The notes: generated from the letters alone by a model not told the origin. A stretch of 63,897 nt of DNA, filler included, from Vermamoeba vermiformis (GCA_045837725.1; 4 parts of 4 records of this genome joined end to end with filler, not necessarily neighbours in it), one strand, 5' to 3'. Shown: positions 1-12,970, numbered from the whole stretch's first letter. Numbers and translations are program-made.

Positions 1-195
1 TTCGTATTAATTAATACTAGTTACCTGACGTACGGAGATTAATACTAGTTTTGCAAACGCAGCTCGTTTGTTTCTGAAATTTGTTGGCATTTGCGAGCGT
101 CTTTCGAAAAAATCCTAGCCAAGTGAAGTAAACATAGCCATTCAAACGATTAAGGAAAGTCGGTTTATTAATTAACTAAGCACCTCTTGCTTGAA

Positions 196-849
196 TTAAT
201 ATCCGTGGCAAGTTAAGACGAATGGCTGTACATTACGTTGATTACTAATGCAAGTGTTAGCATCGTGCGTTATCACCTCCTTTAACTTCTGGCAATACCA
301 ATCATCGTACGTCGTTACAGTAACTGTGCCGTTCTTCGCGCAAGTAACAAGAAAAGACTGGGCATTAAGGGGGTTGTATGCATCAGCGTACTGACACTCG
401 TTGATAACCGTTGCAATGACAGCGTTCATTTCCCCCTTGCAGTTCTTGTTATCGTAGTCGTAGAGTGAAACTGTGGCGTAGCTAGGTCCGAAAGGTGAAA
501 AGTTCGGTACATTAATTGAGCACGAGTAATATAGATTTCCGTAGCACGTGTTCATGGAGGGCAGAAGGAAATTGTTGTAGCAATCCTGATGTTTACACTC
601 GTAAGGTGTATCTGGACAGACGTAGGTAGAATAGGAATTGGTAGAGCATACGTGGAAGGTATAACCACTTTGAGATCCGTCATTCCAGTATTTGCATCCA
701 CCATTGTAATAAATACCATGGCCGGTGTTGGGAACACCAGTAGTTTCGTTGCATCCTCGGCTGAGAAACCAAGGTTTGGATTCGACCATAGAAATGGTTG
801 CAAGAATTAGTACAAAGTAAAAAATCGAAGGTAGATACGTTGTCTTCAT
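196..849 (-). CDS. Secreted cysteine-rich protein of unknown function
   Basis: Intronless ORF from ATG 849 (MKTTYLPSIFYFVLILATIS, signal-peptide-like); many Cys/Tyr; two loosely repeated halves. Confidence 0.75.
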   Translation of the reverse strand: MKTTYLPSIFYFVLILATISMVESKPWFLSRGCNETTGVPNTGHGIYYNGGCKYWNDGSQSGYTFHVCSTNSYSTYVCPDTPYECKHQDCYNNFLLPSMNTCYGNLYYSCSINVPNFSPFGPSYATVSLYDYDNKNCKGEMNAVIATVINECQYADAYNPLNAQSFLVTCAKNGTVTVTTYDDWYCQKLKEVITHDANTCISNQRNVQPFVLTCHGY

Positions 850-893
850 TTTGGTACAGTAATAACTGAACACTGTTAATTTTTAAATTATTT

Positions 894-1457
894 TTAAGTG
901 CACGACCAAATGCCCCGAAGAAATTTCTTCGGACAATTCAGGAAGTTTCCACCTCCAGAAGCGGCGGGGAGCTTCGAGAGCTTTAAACGCGTTGTAATAT
1001 TTATTATTTCGTGCGGAGGCGGATGCTGGGCACACAACCTTTCTCCACTTTCTGGTTCAATGTTGCAGAGGAGCTGGATTCGATCGACCCACGACAATAA
1101 CGATTTCGCTCTTGCCACAATAAACTGTGTGGTGCGTTTGTGTACCGGTCCGTTAATGACGAACCAATTAAACTCTGTACCTGAATCATCGAGATTGATT
1201 TTGATGTCAATCTTTTCGTCCTCAGAGGTCAAAGACGTCAAGACGAACGACTTCTTGTACTTTGAGACTGATTTAGAACCGAACCAGTCTTCTTGTATCT
1301 CACCTTCTTTCGTGTACTCAATCTGCCCCACGAAGAGCATGAACTGTCTGCCTCGAACGGCTTCTTGTAACACTTGCATCATCGCTTTATCTTTGCCTTT
1401 CAAAGATTGAGTTGATAACTCTGCGGGTGTATATTTCTGCTGCAATACAAACACAGC
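894..1457 (-). pseudogene. Truncated duplicate of an internal exon of the neighbouring 2OG-Fe(II) oxygenase gene
   Basis: VFVLQQKYTPAELSTQSLKGKDKAMMQVLQEAVRGRQFMLFV parallels VFVLQHQYTLANISVQVLKNKDRAIVQVLQEAVRGKDFDLYV at 3065-3388; similarity is lost downstream and no oxygenase core is present. Confidence 0.6.
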
Positions 1458-1656
1458 CTGAACGTGAATATTCGTTACTTAAGTCATGAGAGAAGATAGT
1501 GTTACCTGTGACGGCGTGCCTAGATCAGTCCACTTGGTAGGGTATGCTGTCATCTTCCATGGTGCTCCACGGAAAAAGTTTTCAATTGCGCTAGAAATTG
1601 CAAACTCAACTTACGTGGCAGAAAATATTTTAAAGTTGCAAGTTCGGTTCTGGAGT

Positions 1657-4497
1657 TTAATTTTCATTGTGGTCAATTTTCCGTCTTTTCGTCGCGCGTT
1701 CTTGATCATGCGCGTCCATTGCAAGCACGCCAGTCAACTCTGCAATCGTCACATCGTCTTGAAGGGCAGTTCGTTTTGCGACGTCCACTTCTTTAGCTGT
1801 TTTCTTCATGACCAAGGTATACGGTGTGCCTCTCGTTTCCGTGGATAGAGTAATGATGCCTTGTCGTAGTAATGTTGTTGCCTCAAAACAATGAGTCATG
1901 TGGCGTCTATTGCGTTCTGCCGCCCTGTATCTGTGTTCAAGTTGCGTTGGACTTCGAAGGAAAAGGTTCGCCTATTCATGGAGGTAAGTTCACACGCAAG
2001 TGCAAATTAACAATCAATACCTGTTTACAATCTTCACAAGGACAGCCTAGCGTTGCATAGACACTCCAATCATCGGGACGTGTGCGCGCTACCATCGCAC
2101 GATTGGTCAGAATATTAATGCACTCAGTGGCAAGGCTGATGAATTCAGGCCTCTCCACGATGCTCGGAACTGCGTGTTGCAGGAGTTTTAAGATTGAAAT
2201 TCGCTCGTCTACGTCCTTATGCTTTGCGAGGATGTATGTGAAGACCTATAAACGTTTTAATATATATTACTATTACTAATTGAAGCGATATCCGTATCTT
2301 ACGTCCGCTAGCAGGCTCGGATCCACAACAGCAGCAATCCGTGCTATTTGGCTGATCGCTTCTTTTCTTAAAGTTCCGTACCGACCAATAATGTCTGCAA
2401 GTCTGACTTTAATCAAGTCTTGCGCTATATCACGTAAGACCTCTAGTCCCTTGGGGTCCTCGATCTTAAATGTTGTGAGATGACTGATTACAGCTGCTGC
2501 GTCCTCTAACTTCAACTCTATGAATAGGAAATTGAAGACGATCAGTAAAAATTTGTTATCAAACTGTCTGTACCTTTTGCAAGTGCCTGAACAGATGTCG
2601 CTAGTTTCTCCCAGCCGAACCTAAGCAAGCATTGGTTCATTACCAAGCTAAACTTTTCGATTTCGTCGCTGAACGTGTATTTCACATGGAAGTTTGTAAG
2701 ATGTTTCTGAAGAAGGTCAACATCGTCTAGTTCTCTTAATGTGTCTAAGAAGGTAGGACTCAGGTCTACTTTGGAGTTTTCCAGGAACGCCTTGGCCAAT
2801 TCTTTGCAATTTTTCCATTCAGGTGCCTCTCTTGATTCAATTGCCGAACACTTTGCCACAAGCGATTGAAGATACTTCGCGACATCAGCTTCTTCTCCTT
2901 TGGCAATGACTTCAATAAGCTTTGATTTGGGTATTAATACTACTGCTGCTCGATGGTATTGAAGTTCAACGTTCGTCCCTTCATTTCCAGTGGCTTCAAC
3001 GCTTTTTTCATCTGGCCTCAAATATCGGAAATCTTGAGCGGAATAAACATCTACCAACACATTATTATATCTTTGATTGATGGCTATGGCATAAAATAAT
3101 ACCTGACGTCGCTACTGGAATTTTAATGTCGATTCGTTCTCCGTCAGAGTTTATCAAAGAACGGATGCTGTACTCTTCGTCGTAATTAGAGCAAAGTGAA
3201 TTGCCATAGAAGCCAAGCCCTCCGTCAGTTTGGCCTATTTTCTTGTAATTAAACAGCGTCACATACAGATCAAAATCTTTTCCTCGAACAGCCTCTTGCA
3301 AGACTTGCACTATCGCTCTATCTTTGTTCTTAAGCACTTGAACGGATATATTAGCAAGTGTGTACTGATGTTGTAGCACAAATACAGCCTAACGAATCGG
3401 TTAGTTCATTGTTCCGGAAACAGATCATTTTCGACGCTCACTATCGATGGCGCTGGCGAAGAATTATTCCATCTCTGAATACAGTCCATTGCCTTGAATA
3501 TTGTATCGTTGCTTCGGGGCTGTGGTAATGGACCAGTACCAAGACTAACAACATTAAAAATGAGTACCAAACGGTAGCCAGAAGTGACAGGTCGGATCTC
3601 GTGCTCGCAATCGGCAAAGAATGCAGTGTAGCTCGTGTTATATGCTGGTTTTTCTGGCTTGAACGTCTTTGTCATGCCTTGATGGTGCACAACGAGCTCA
3701 CCACCTGTGAAGATGCTCGGCAGTGTTACCACCAATGACGCGAACATGCCTGGAGCTTTCTCAGTGTCTTTGTGGGGCACGAAGAATCCACCTGGCTCAT
3801 AAAGAAGTAGTTTATACAATTGTGCGGAAACATTCGCTGATGGACCCAAGCCAAGTTCCTCGGCAACAGTGATGGCGAGCGAGTCGATCTGCTGCACAAA
3901 ATCTTCGTTCAATAATTGAATTTCCGAGGGATCTATGCGTATCATTAATAATGAGAAGCACGTTATCTTAGTAAAATCTACTAACTTAATTGCCAAGTGT
4001 TTCTAACATTCGTGTCAATAATTGTTTCTGTGCCTCGGCCAAATGGCGCTCGCTGACAAAGGGAAATTATTTGCTTAGCTTCGTGTTCTCTTAATGGAAA
4101 GCCAACTTCGCCATAGCCATTAATACAAAGCCCTGAAGAATAAGATCAATCAAAAAAATCAGATCTTGGACGCGCCAAAAATCCGCTTGATAAAAAATTG
4201 GATTTTGTTTCAAAAATCCTGCAATTAAATTCCGGCCTAAAACCGCAAAAATAATTTTAACTTTAATAGAATAATTTTGAAAAAATCGAATGTGGCCGGA
4301 TTCGTTTGTACAAAGGTCTTATAATTACCTGGAAGGACAGTATTTAATTTTCCACCGCTTGCAAACGTGCCAGGAGCTTCTAATCCCGAGACAACTTGCC
4401 ACAACTGGGTAACAACATTATTTTCGCTACCTTTTATATCAACGTCATTATTAGTCTCATCATCTGAGGGAATAGTTATTACGCCTTCGTCCGCCAT
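1657..4497 (-). CDS. Multi-exon 2OG-Fe(II) oxygenase superfamily protein (prolyl-hydroxylase-like, 2OG-FeII_Oxy_3 type) with long C-terminal region
   Basis: Spliced reading gives APFGRGTETIIDTNVRNTWQLNP, YKLLLYEPGGFFVPHKDTEK (HxD), GGELVVHH, DCEHEIRPVTSGYRLVLIFN, ATGNEG, DWSVYATLGCPCEDC and RGTPYTLVMKKT; first intron 4133-4328 is GT-AG. Confidence 0.85.
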
Positions 4498-4522
4498 GTT
4501 CGCTTTATTACTGAAAACAAAA

Positions 4523-4682
4523 AGTTATTTGTTAGCCCGATCTGTCACGTGCTTTAGATCATGTAGATAACCATTCTCGTGCCCAATTTTTTGTCGTTTA
4601 GCAGGTCTTTCTTGCTCAGCCGGGTCGTCATCATTTACTCTAATCATACTCATCAATTCATCGACTTCTGCTTGAATCTTCA
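4523..4682 (-). CDS. 3' end of an upstream tandem paralog (contig-truncated)
   Basis: Reads KIQAEVDELMSMIRVNDDDPAEQERPAKRQKIGHEN, resembling the C-terminus IAELTGVLAMDAHDQERATKRRKIDHNEN of the 1657-4497 gene; lower boundary approximate. Confidence 0.5.
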
Positions 4683-4782
4683 NNNNNNNNNNNNNNNNNN
4701 NNNNNNNNNNNNNNNNNNNNNNNNNNTTAATTAATTAANNNNNNNNNNNNNNNNNNNNNNNNNNNNNNNNNNNNNNNNNNNN
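4683..4782. other. Artificial contig-joining spacer (N44-TTAATTAATTAA-N44)
   Basis: 100-nt N run with a central all-frame stop linker; identical to the two other spacers. Confidence 0.99.
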
Positions 4783-4873
4783 GCTCCTCTAGTTCTGCTC
4801 CTAGTCTTTGCAGTGTTTCGACTGATTACTTGCGCGTGGCATGCTCTGTTTGACACGTGTCATTGAGAGTGTT

Positions 4874-6370
4874 CTACGCAATCTTAGTGCCGTGAGCACG
4901 ACGAGGACCGCGCCACAGGTCAAAGTGAAATGTGACACCAAGTGTGCAGGACACAAACAAGCCAATCAGCGCCAATCCTAACATTAGCCCACGTGCTTCA
5001 ATGTACTGCATGTCTGCTTCGTACGGTGAGCGCACTTGGCTGTACAGTGACGCGAGCAATACACTCAACGTGTCTTTTTCTTGCGTTTTCCACGGGGCAC
5101 GCAACAGCTCGTGCGACACGTGCAGCACAGTGACGTTGTTGGACTGCAGTTTGGCGAGCGAGATCTGCGTCCAGTTGGAGACGTGCACCGTGGTACTTGG
5201 AGTCAAATCGTGTGCTCGCTTGTCGGTTGATGCGTGCAGATCTTTCTTAATTAGGTAATGTACGTAGAGGTGTTTAAATGAAATGTCACTCGGCGAGGGG
5301 AATTTGTTGTAGGCAGCATCAGTCACGTGCTGTTGATAATAGTCGTGAATGCGCTGGTGGACATATTAGTGACACGTGTCAAATGGCATGTCAGTCACAA
5401 GTGTCAAACACGTACCTGTATTACATGCGTGTCAAACAGCATGGGTGCAAAGTGATCGTAATCGAGACCAGTCACGTGCTCGGGCTCAGTGCTGGGACCA
5501 TGCACGACCAATGAGACAGCGTTGTTGATGGCACTGACCTCGTGTGGCTCGAGACTGGGTCTCTCACGCTGCATGCGAATGGGCACGAGTGTCAGTGCGT
5601 GTGGAACTGACTTGAAGTGCTGCGGTGTGAGTGGTGCGATGGGGTACATGTGCTGATTCATGTAGATGAACTCGCGCGAGATGTTGGGGATCAGGTGCAA
5701 GAAGAGCAGCACGGTCTCTTCGTTGAATACCGGTATGTAGACCTTAGGTATGAACTGCAGCGGTGTTAGTGGTGCACTGAGAGCGGATCTGGTTGTACTC
5801 ACATCTCGGTGTCGGATCACAGTCACGGCAGGGTTGTCAGAGATAATAGGTGAGACTCGATCATACTCAGGCATTACAACAATCAGATTGCGAATCCATG
5901 GCATATTCGTTGTGACCTAGGTGAGGTCGGTGAGTGAGATCTAACCGAGTCAAACGAACTTACTCCTCGCAGAAAATAGCGCAAATAACTCAAAGTACGA
6001 TGTCTAGTAAATGATTCGACATATCTGCCCTTTTCAAACTCTTCGTGGTACTTCTGCTGCTGTGTTGAACTGCTCTCCGTGACACTAACTAAAAAACAAT
6101 TATGAATATTTTGCTACATCAATAAATTATGTGCGTATAGCATGTGTCATAAAATAAATAAATAAATTATTTAGCGAATTATAGAAGCTTACTGGACGAG
6201 GTATCGAACAAGCAATACACAAGATCCACTTCGCCCACCAGAGGAGATGATTGGGTCTTTTTCTCTTCAATATTCATGGCATTATTAATAGATGCTAATT
6301 CAGCTTGACAATATAACACTGTCAAACCGCAGATCAAGCAGATCTGCAACACCAACGACAAGTTGAACAT
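4874..6370 (-). CDS. Stealth-family-like (hexose-1-phosphoryltransferase-related) membrane protein, multi-exon
   Basis: N-terminal hydrophobic segment; CR1-like EVDLVY; CR2-like LRYFLRGV..NMPWIRNLIVV, VTVIRHRD, FNEETVLLFLHLIPNISREFIYMN; C-terminal TM. Confidence 0.7.
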
Positions 6371-6587
6371 GGTGCACAATGCGTGGTGCCAGCTGTCCGT
6401 TTACGGTATTGGTAGACTGATAGTAAAGCCATCAACCACACAGGGCATTGTAATCTACCAGGGCGCATCACGTGCCCCTGACAGTTAGGGCGAGCATCCA
6501 CGTTAGCTGAAAATCAACGCAACATTAGACACGAAACCGAAAATTGTGTTATCTTATGATTAGACTTGCATAAGAACATACGTCAAT

Positions 6588-7764
6588 ATGAATGCGCAAA
6601 TGATGGAGGAAGTGCAGCGGTGCATTGACCAAAACCGAAAGACAAAAGATCCGAAGCTGGATATCTCCTGTCGGGGACTGCGCGAGATACCTGAAGCTAT
6701 ATTTGACCTTAAACATTTAAAGGTACGTAACGCTTATACGCCTGATTTTTTGGAGGACTACGAACCTAAATTGAATTTTAAGTGAACTGACATCTTGCTT
6801 TCTCCAGCACCTCTATCTGATAGGCAATGAAATTACGCATATATCGCCTAAAATTGGCCAGTTAGTCAATCTCGAACTGCTGGACGTATCCGGAAATCAG
6901 ATCGAGAGCGTTCCACGCGAGATTGCGACACTGACCCATCTGCGCGAGCTGCACTTGCTCAACAACAAGATCGATGACTTGCCCGAGGACATTAAGCAGT
7001 TGCATAAGACGTTGAATGTCTTGGCACTCTCAGGCAACAGATTCGAAGTAATCCCGCCCGTTGTGTTCGAATTGACGCAGGTACGACAATACGAGCACCT
7101 TAAATATGGTTACTCAATCACTATTTAGTTGCACACTTTGTGGATGAACTACAATCGTCTGAAACACATCCCCGCTGAGCTCGGAGTGAATCTGCCACGA
7201 CTCCGCAAGCTGGCCTTTGCGTTCAATCAAGTCGAAGAGGTGTCAGCCACACTCGGACAGTTGGCGCACTTAGAGGTACTCATTGCGCGCTGCAACAAAC
7301 TGCGCTCCTTGCCTGCTGAACTGCTGCACTGCACCTCTTTGCACCACTTCGCCATCGACAGCAATCGATTTGTCAAGCGACCGGCTCCTAACACGAGCAC
7401 TGCCCCTCAGCCACGTGCTATACCTTCCTTATTAGGTCTGACATCACGTGTCATAGTCAACAGCAGCCTGGCCGAGTCGTGGTGTGACGCGAGTCCGCGA
7501 GCCATGCCCGAAGAGCTGTGGCACCTGTTGTTTGACCAAACATTGACCTGCGCTACCTGTGAGAAGCAGTTCTGCACCAATGAGCTCGAGCGCATTGGGT
7601 TCTCAAATCTCAATCACCTCAGCTGCGACGTAGTGCACATCCCGCTCGTGTTTCGCTTCTGTTCGCCGCAATGTCTCACTCAAGCACAAACGAACGGCGT
7701 TGCGGACGTTAAAGTGTTCTACACACGCGATGAAGTCACAGCGGTTGCTAAACATGTAATATAG
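6588..7764 (+). CDS. Leucine-rich repeat protein with C-terminal BC-box-like and Cys-rich segment (LRRC58/LRRC28/LRRC69-like architecture)
   Basis: LxxLxLxxNxLxxLP repeats over three exons (introns ~6723-6807 and 7081-7128); IPSLLGLTSRVI, CATC and IPLVFRFCSPQC. Confidence 0.8.
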
Positions 7765-7959
7765 CCTTGTATTTGTACTGAATGTAAATATCTGTTTTTG
7801 TTACTATTTTTGGCAATCACGTGAAATTTCAAGACCGGTTCAGCTAAAAAACTTGTTCGCGGTCGAATAATACGAATTTCACCTAACTGCAAGATCACAG
7901 GTCCTTCGTTGTTATTTTTGTCATGTATATTTTGTTTAACTTGAATCACCACAGCTCAG

Positions 7960-9338
7960 ATGTCGTTGCACGCAACCAAGGTGAAAGAGTGCTTGGGCTT
8001 GCCTAAGGACAATATTTATTTATTTAATCAGCATGGCACTCGTTTAGATGCCTCATCAATACGAGACAGCGATATTATTTGTGTCTCTCGCTCCCCCGAT
8101 TTTTCTCCAGATTCGATCAGCAGATGGAACAGTCCACTGGCCATTGATAGCACTGAGAACTCTATGGAAGAGAAGCGAGGCCCATTCAACACGCACTTCC
8201 CAGCCAATGTAGTGCACACAAGCTCTACGCTCAATTTCAATTTTGATCCAAGCAGCGACAAAGAGGACGTGTCGTTCGAGGACTACCATACGAACAATAA
8301 TAGAGTTATTATAGCACCCACTACAACATCTTCGCCGAGAAGTGAATCTTCGTTGCCTGAATGGGTGCGACTGGATGTAGGTGGCAAGAAGTTCGTTACA
8401 ACACGCACCACTTTGACGAAAGAGCGCGATTCTATGCTGGCCAAGATGTTTTCAGGACAATGGAACTCCGCGCGCGATGAAAAGGTACGAAATCAAAACA
8501 GTGTTCTTATTTAACTTACGTTTTATTCGTTCATTAGGGAGCCTATTTGATCGATCGTTCGCCAGAGTATTTCGAGCCCATTCTCAATTATCTTCGCACC
8601 GGCACCATAGTACTCGATGACGGAGTGAATGTCGAGGGTGTCTTGCAAGAGGCCAAGTTCTTCAACATTGCCAGCATGATAGATCCGCTCACCATTATGC
8701 TCGAACAGTCCAAAAAGGAGATTAGTCGCAAAGATTTTGTCAATATACTCGTCACGAGCTCAACGAATGTCAGTCTGCGCTGTCAAGGACTCAATCTCAG
8801 CGGCATTGATTTGAGCAAGCTGGATCTGAGTCTGATCAACTTCAAACAGACCAATCTTCGCTACGCTAACCTGCGCGGCTGCAATCTCGACAACACACAG
8901 CTGCAAGGTGCTGATTTGACTGGCGCTAATCTCGAGAATGCTAGTCTGCGCGGTGCTAATCTCTCTGGTGCGACTTTGACTGGCGCAGTGTTGAGGTAAG
9001 ATCAGATCTGCTGAACCATAGGCTAGATTAGATTCAGAACATTAATGTCTATTAATAGAGGTGCTAATTTCGAAGATCGAGGAGGTCTCAAAGCCAATCT
9101 TGAAAGCTGCAAAATGATCGGTGCTAATCTCGAGGACACCAATCTCTCGGGGGCCAATCTCCGTGCTGCAAAGCTGAAAGGTGCAAATTTAGAAAATGCA
9201 AATCTGCGCAGTTGTGATCTCGCAGCAGCAGATATTGAAGGTGCTAATCTCAAGGGCGCTAATTTGCACAAAACTAACTTGAAGGGTGCTAATCTCGTCA
9301 ACTGCAACTTTGACATTCGATCAATTTCAAGCAGGTGA
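7960..9338 (+). CDS. KCTD9: KCTD9-like BTB/POZ and pentapeptide-repeat protein
   Basis: [53 protein letters not shown], then a long run of ANLxG pentapeptide repeats; introns ~8484-8537 and ~8996-9058. Confidence 0.88.
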
Positions 9339-9533
9339 AGTTAATTCGGTTGTAGCATAACAATTTTGTACAATTAAATGTAAAATACAAGTATTAATCA
9401 GCATTCATGGTCACTGGTTTGTCATTAAATAATGCATTTATAAAGCTGCATTACATCAATTTACAATCGTGTTGGCGGCAGATTAAGCCGTTCACTGAAT
9501 CTTGATCTGGTTTTGACAGCAATCCACTTTTAT

Positions 9534-11429
9534 CTACAATAACAGCTCAGTTGCGGCAGGCAGTGCTTTGGCCTGGTCCCAATAATGCGGAATACCGTTC
9601 TCAGCCAAGAACTTGCGCGCAGCAGTTTCTTCAGCAAACTGTTCCACTTTGAAGCTGCGGAAGGTCGGTTTGAGCACTTCACCCTCCCACACCAACTGAC
9701 AGTAGCGACTGTTGGCGCGCTCACGGTCCTGCTCTTCATCGTCGTCGTCCTCTTCAGCCTCGTCAGTCTTGTCGCCAGCCACTGTCTTCCACTGAATGCG
9801 GCGCAACATCAACTTCTTGTAGCGCTTGATGGCATTGGGACCGCCTTCAATGACGATGATGGCCATGGTCGGTGTGACGACACCCGTGCCTGAGAGGTAG
9901 TTCTGATTGGCATTCATGTCGATCTTGAAGCGAATCTTGGGGTCATTGAGGGCCGTGGCAGGGATCTTAAACACCGCCACGTGTGACAGCAGCTTGGTGT
10001 CTTCGAGCATCTTTTTGCGCTTCTTTTCACGACGTTCTTCAGGGGTCAATTTGCGCTCTTCATTGCGCTGTTCGTGTCGCTCTTGTCGCTCAGCCATCTC
10101 TTTCTTGACGAGTGCTTCGAGCTGCGTGGGATCTTGCACCGCTTCAGCACCGTAGACACGCATCATGTTGCTGATCTTCACCTTGGGCTTGGGGGCCTCA
10201 GTCAGACCCAGCAAGTACTTCTCGTGCTCCAGCTCTCGTGCTCTCGCGCGCTCAATTCGGCGCTGCTTCTTGCGCTCAGCAGCAGTGAGTTTGACTTGCT
10301 GTGGCGGGGGTGCAGGGGCCTCAGCGGGCGGTGCAATCACAGTGGGGTGTTCAATCAGCTTGTTGATCTTGTCTTCCAGCACGCGGAGGTCGTAGCTGGG
10401 GGCCAGTGATACTTTGCGACCCTCGCTGTCCTCACGTGTCACTTCCAAAAATGGCAAGTCCCACCACTCGACATCAGGGATCTGATCAGCAGTCTTCTTG
10501 TCACGTGGCACAGTGTCACTCGTGCTGACAGGCTCCTCTTTCTTGACACTGACGGCACTGGCCTCGCTCTCACCACTCTCCACGCGCTGTCGTTTGGTCT
10601 CGCGCTCTCTGTTGGCCTGTTCGACGTAGGTGCCTGGCTCCACAAAATTGAAACTGCGCTTCTTGCGGCGCGTGGGGTCCTTGCCGAGTCTGTGATCAAA
10701 GTACTGCTCTTCAATGCGCTCTTCAGGGACAGGCACGGTCTTGCCAGTGGTCTTGAGCAGCTTGTCCAGTGTGCGCGCCTTCTGCTCCGCGCGCTGTTCT
10801 TCAGCCTGTTGCAGCTTTTGATTGGCTTTCAGAGTGGTGGGCACGCGCACGGGAATAGCAAAGACATCGATCTCTTCTTTCACTGGCGCAGGCTCTGTAG
10901 GCACGAGACTAGGCGCAGCAGATCTGGCCTCTTGTTTGACACTCGCGGGCTTGGCCTCAGTCTGTTGTTCCGTCTCTTTGACTTTCTCTAACAGCTTCTT
11001 CTTCTGTTCTTCAAGTTGTTGCTTGGTCTTGGCTAAAATGGATGCGAGCTGTGCTGCATTCTTGGTAATAGATAAGCCACTGGGCAACAGAGGTGCTGGT
11101 GGTTCAGGTGGGGCAGATTTGTCACCACTGCTTGATACTGGGGCACCATTATTTTTAATATTATCTCCATTACGACTACTGTCATTATTTCCTCGCTCAT
11201 TGCTGCTGGATTTATTGTCATATTTTTCTTTTTTCTCATCCCTGTCTCTGTGCGAATCTCGTTTGTCTCGACTATCTCTGTCCTTGTCTCTATAATCACG
11301 TCTATCGCGATCACTTCTGCTGTCTCTGCTATCACGTTCCTTGTCTCTATCGTCTCGGTGACGTCGATCGTGTTTGTGGCGTCGCTCACGGGATCTGCTG
11401 CGACTTCTGCTACGAGCTCTGGAGGACAT
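9534..11429 (-). CDS. PRP3: U4/U6 snRNP protein Prp3
   Basis: RS/RD-rich N-terminus; PDVEWWD, LIEHP, PKPKVKISNMMRVYGAEAVQDPT, FKIDMNANQNYLSG, EGGPNAIKRYKKLMLRRIQW, CQLVWEG, HYWD. Confidence 0.96.
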   Translation of the reverse strand: MSSRARSRSRSRSRERRHKHDRRHRDDRDKERDSRDSRSDRDRRDYRDKDRDSRDKRDSHRDRDEKKEKYDNKSSSNERGNNDSSRNGDNIKNNGAPVSSSGDKSAPPEPPAPLLPSGLSITKNAAQLASILAKTKQQLEEQKKKLLEKVKETEQQTEAKPASVKQEARSAAPSLVPTEPAPVKEEIDVFAIPVRVPTTLKANQKLQQAEEQRAEQKARTLDKLLKTTGKTVPVPEERIEEQYFDHRLGKDPTRRKKRSFNFVEPGTYVEQANRERETKRQRVESGESEASAVSVKKEEPVSTSDTVPRDKKTADQIPDVEWWDLPFLEVTREDSEGRKVSLAPSYDLRVLEDKINKLIEHPTVIAPPAEAPAPPPQQVKLTAAERKKQRRIERARARELEHEKYLLGLTEAPKPKVKISNMMRVYGAEAVQDPTQLEALVKKEMAERQERHEQRNEERKLTPEERREKKRKKMLEDTKLLSHVAVFKIPATALNDPKIRFKIDMNANQNYLSGTGVVTPTMAIIVIEGGPNAIKRYKKLMLRRIQWKTVAGDKTDEAEEDDDDEEQDRERANSRYCQLVWEGEVLKPTFRSFKVEQFAEETAARKFLAENGIPHYWDQAKALPAATELLL

Positions 11430-11622
11430 TATGTACTTTATATATTACAACGTATATGAGCTCAGTGGAGCATTGATCACTCGCGCTCTAACAATTACGG
11501 CGCAACAAGAACAGAATTTGAGTTGCTTTTTCTTAGCGAGTTCAAGCAGCACAGTACCAACAACCCTGTATCGAGTGCACTGGATACATACATATCATTC
11601 ATACAATAGTGGTGATGCTGAA

Positions 11623-12910
11623 ATGTTTGCTCGATTATTTATCCGCTCAGCCAGATCTGTTGGATCTCGATCGTTCAGCCGAAAACGCAAGTCAATATTC
11701 GCTCTTACAATGTAATAATAACTATTTTCTGTTGTCAGCGAAGACAATAGGCGAGGCAGCAGAAGAGATAAAACGCAAGTTGAAGAGCGGCGCAGATGTA
11801 ACACAGCCTCGGTAAGTCCTCCGAGCTGTCGGTGGCAACGATATTAACTCTGGATTAATATTCATCAGTATGGAGGCAGAGATCATACTAGGCCACGTGC
11901 TCAAAGCCTCGCGCGAAGAGTTATTGCGCGGCACATCCAAAGCAGTGAGCTCAGAGCAGTGGCAAGACATTGACCGGTAATAGCACGTGTTGCTTGCACT
12001 GACAGCGTGACTGACAGCAGGGCCACAGACTCGCCACACGACGCGTGAGTGGTGAGCCGTTGAGTTACATCACGCATCTCAAGCCGTTCTGGCGACACAT
12101 GTTTGTGTGCACGGACAGTGCCCTGGACGAGCGAGATACAGCCCTGGCAAGGGGGAGTGAGGGAGAGGCGACACGTGTCAAAGGCACACTCATACCTCGA
12201 CCGTGTACTGAAGTGGTATGACACTTGACTGCTGTGAAAATTACGAATTGACACGTGTCATTTGACAGCTCGTTGAGACAGCACTGTCACTGATCGCACA
12301 GCACGGACCAGCGCACGGCACACTGCTCGACCTCGGCACGGGCAGTGGGTGCATTGCTGTCAGTCTGCTGTCCGAACTCGGCACGTGGCACGGTGTCGCG
12401 GTAGACGTTGATGACACGGCACTGCGCGTGGCACGTGTCAATGCCTCACGCGTGCTCGGAGGTGTGGAGCGAATGGAGTTCGTTAAAAGGTATGATTCAA
12501 CATCTAAATATGGCAATTCTGATCACGTGCTGCAGTGACTGGACGAGTCAGTTGCCATTGCGCGAATTCGATCTCGTCGTGGCCAATCCTCCATATATAG
12601 CAAGTGCAGCACGTGATACACTCAGCGACACGGTGAAGCATTATGAACCCGAACTTGCCTTATTTGGAGGGGTGACTGGACTCGAAGGTACTTTGACATA
12701 GTGCTTGTTGCTGATCTATTTTTAGCACTGGAGGCCATAGCAAAGCAAATCACGCGATTCATGAAACAAGGCAGTTATCTCCTGCTGGAGATTGGCTACG
12801 ATCAGCACGAGCACGTGATTGAACTCTTCACTCGACACGCGCAATTGAGTCACGTGCGTTCAGTGAAAGACTACGAGGGATTCGATCGCTGCCTCGTGTT
12901 CCAAAAATAG
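11623..12910 (+). CDS. HEMK1: HemK/PrmC release-factor glutamine methyltransferase (probably mitochondrial), multi-exon
   Basis: LIPRP, LLDLGTGSGCIAVSL, FDLVVANPPYI, HYEPELALFGG, LLEIGYDQ, KDYEGFDR; Arg/Ser-rich N-terminus MFARLFIRSARS. Confidence 0.92.
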
Positions 12911-12970
12911 CACTAAGCATGAGATTTACTCCATAATATAATACATCACGTGACACTACGATGACACGTG

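Noticed and set aside
4727-4738. TTAATTAATTAA palindrome within N runs (also 36626 and 44366)
   Set aside because: Assembly linker; adjacency across these points is not biological
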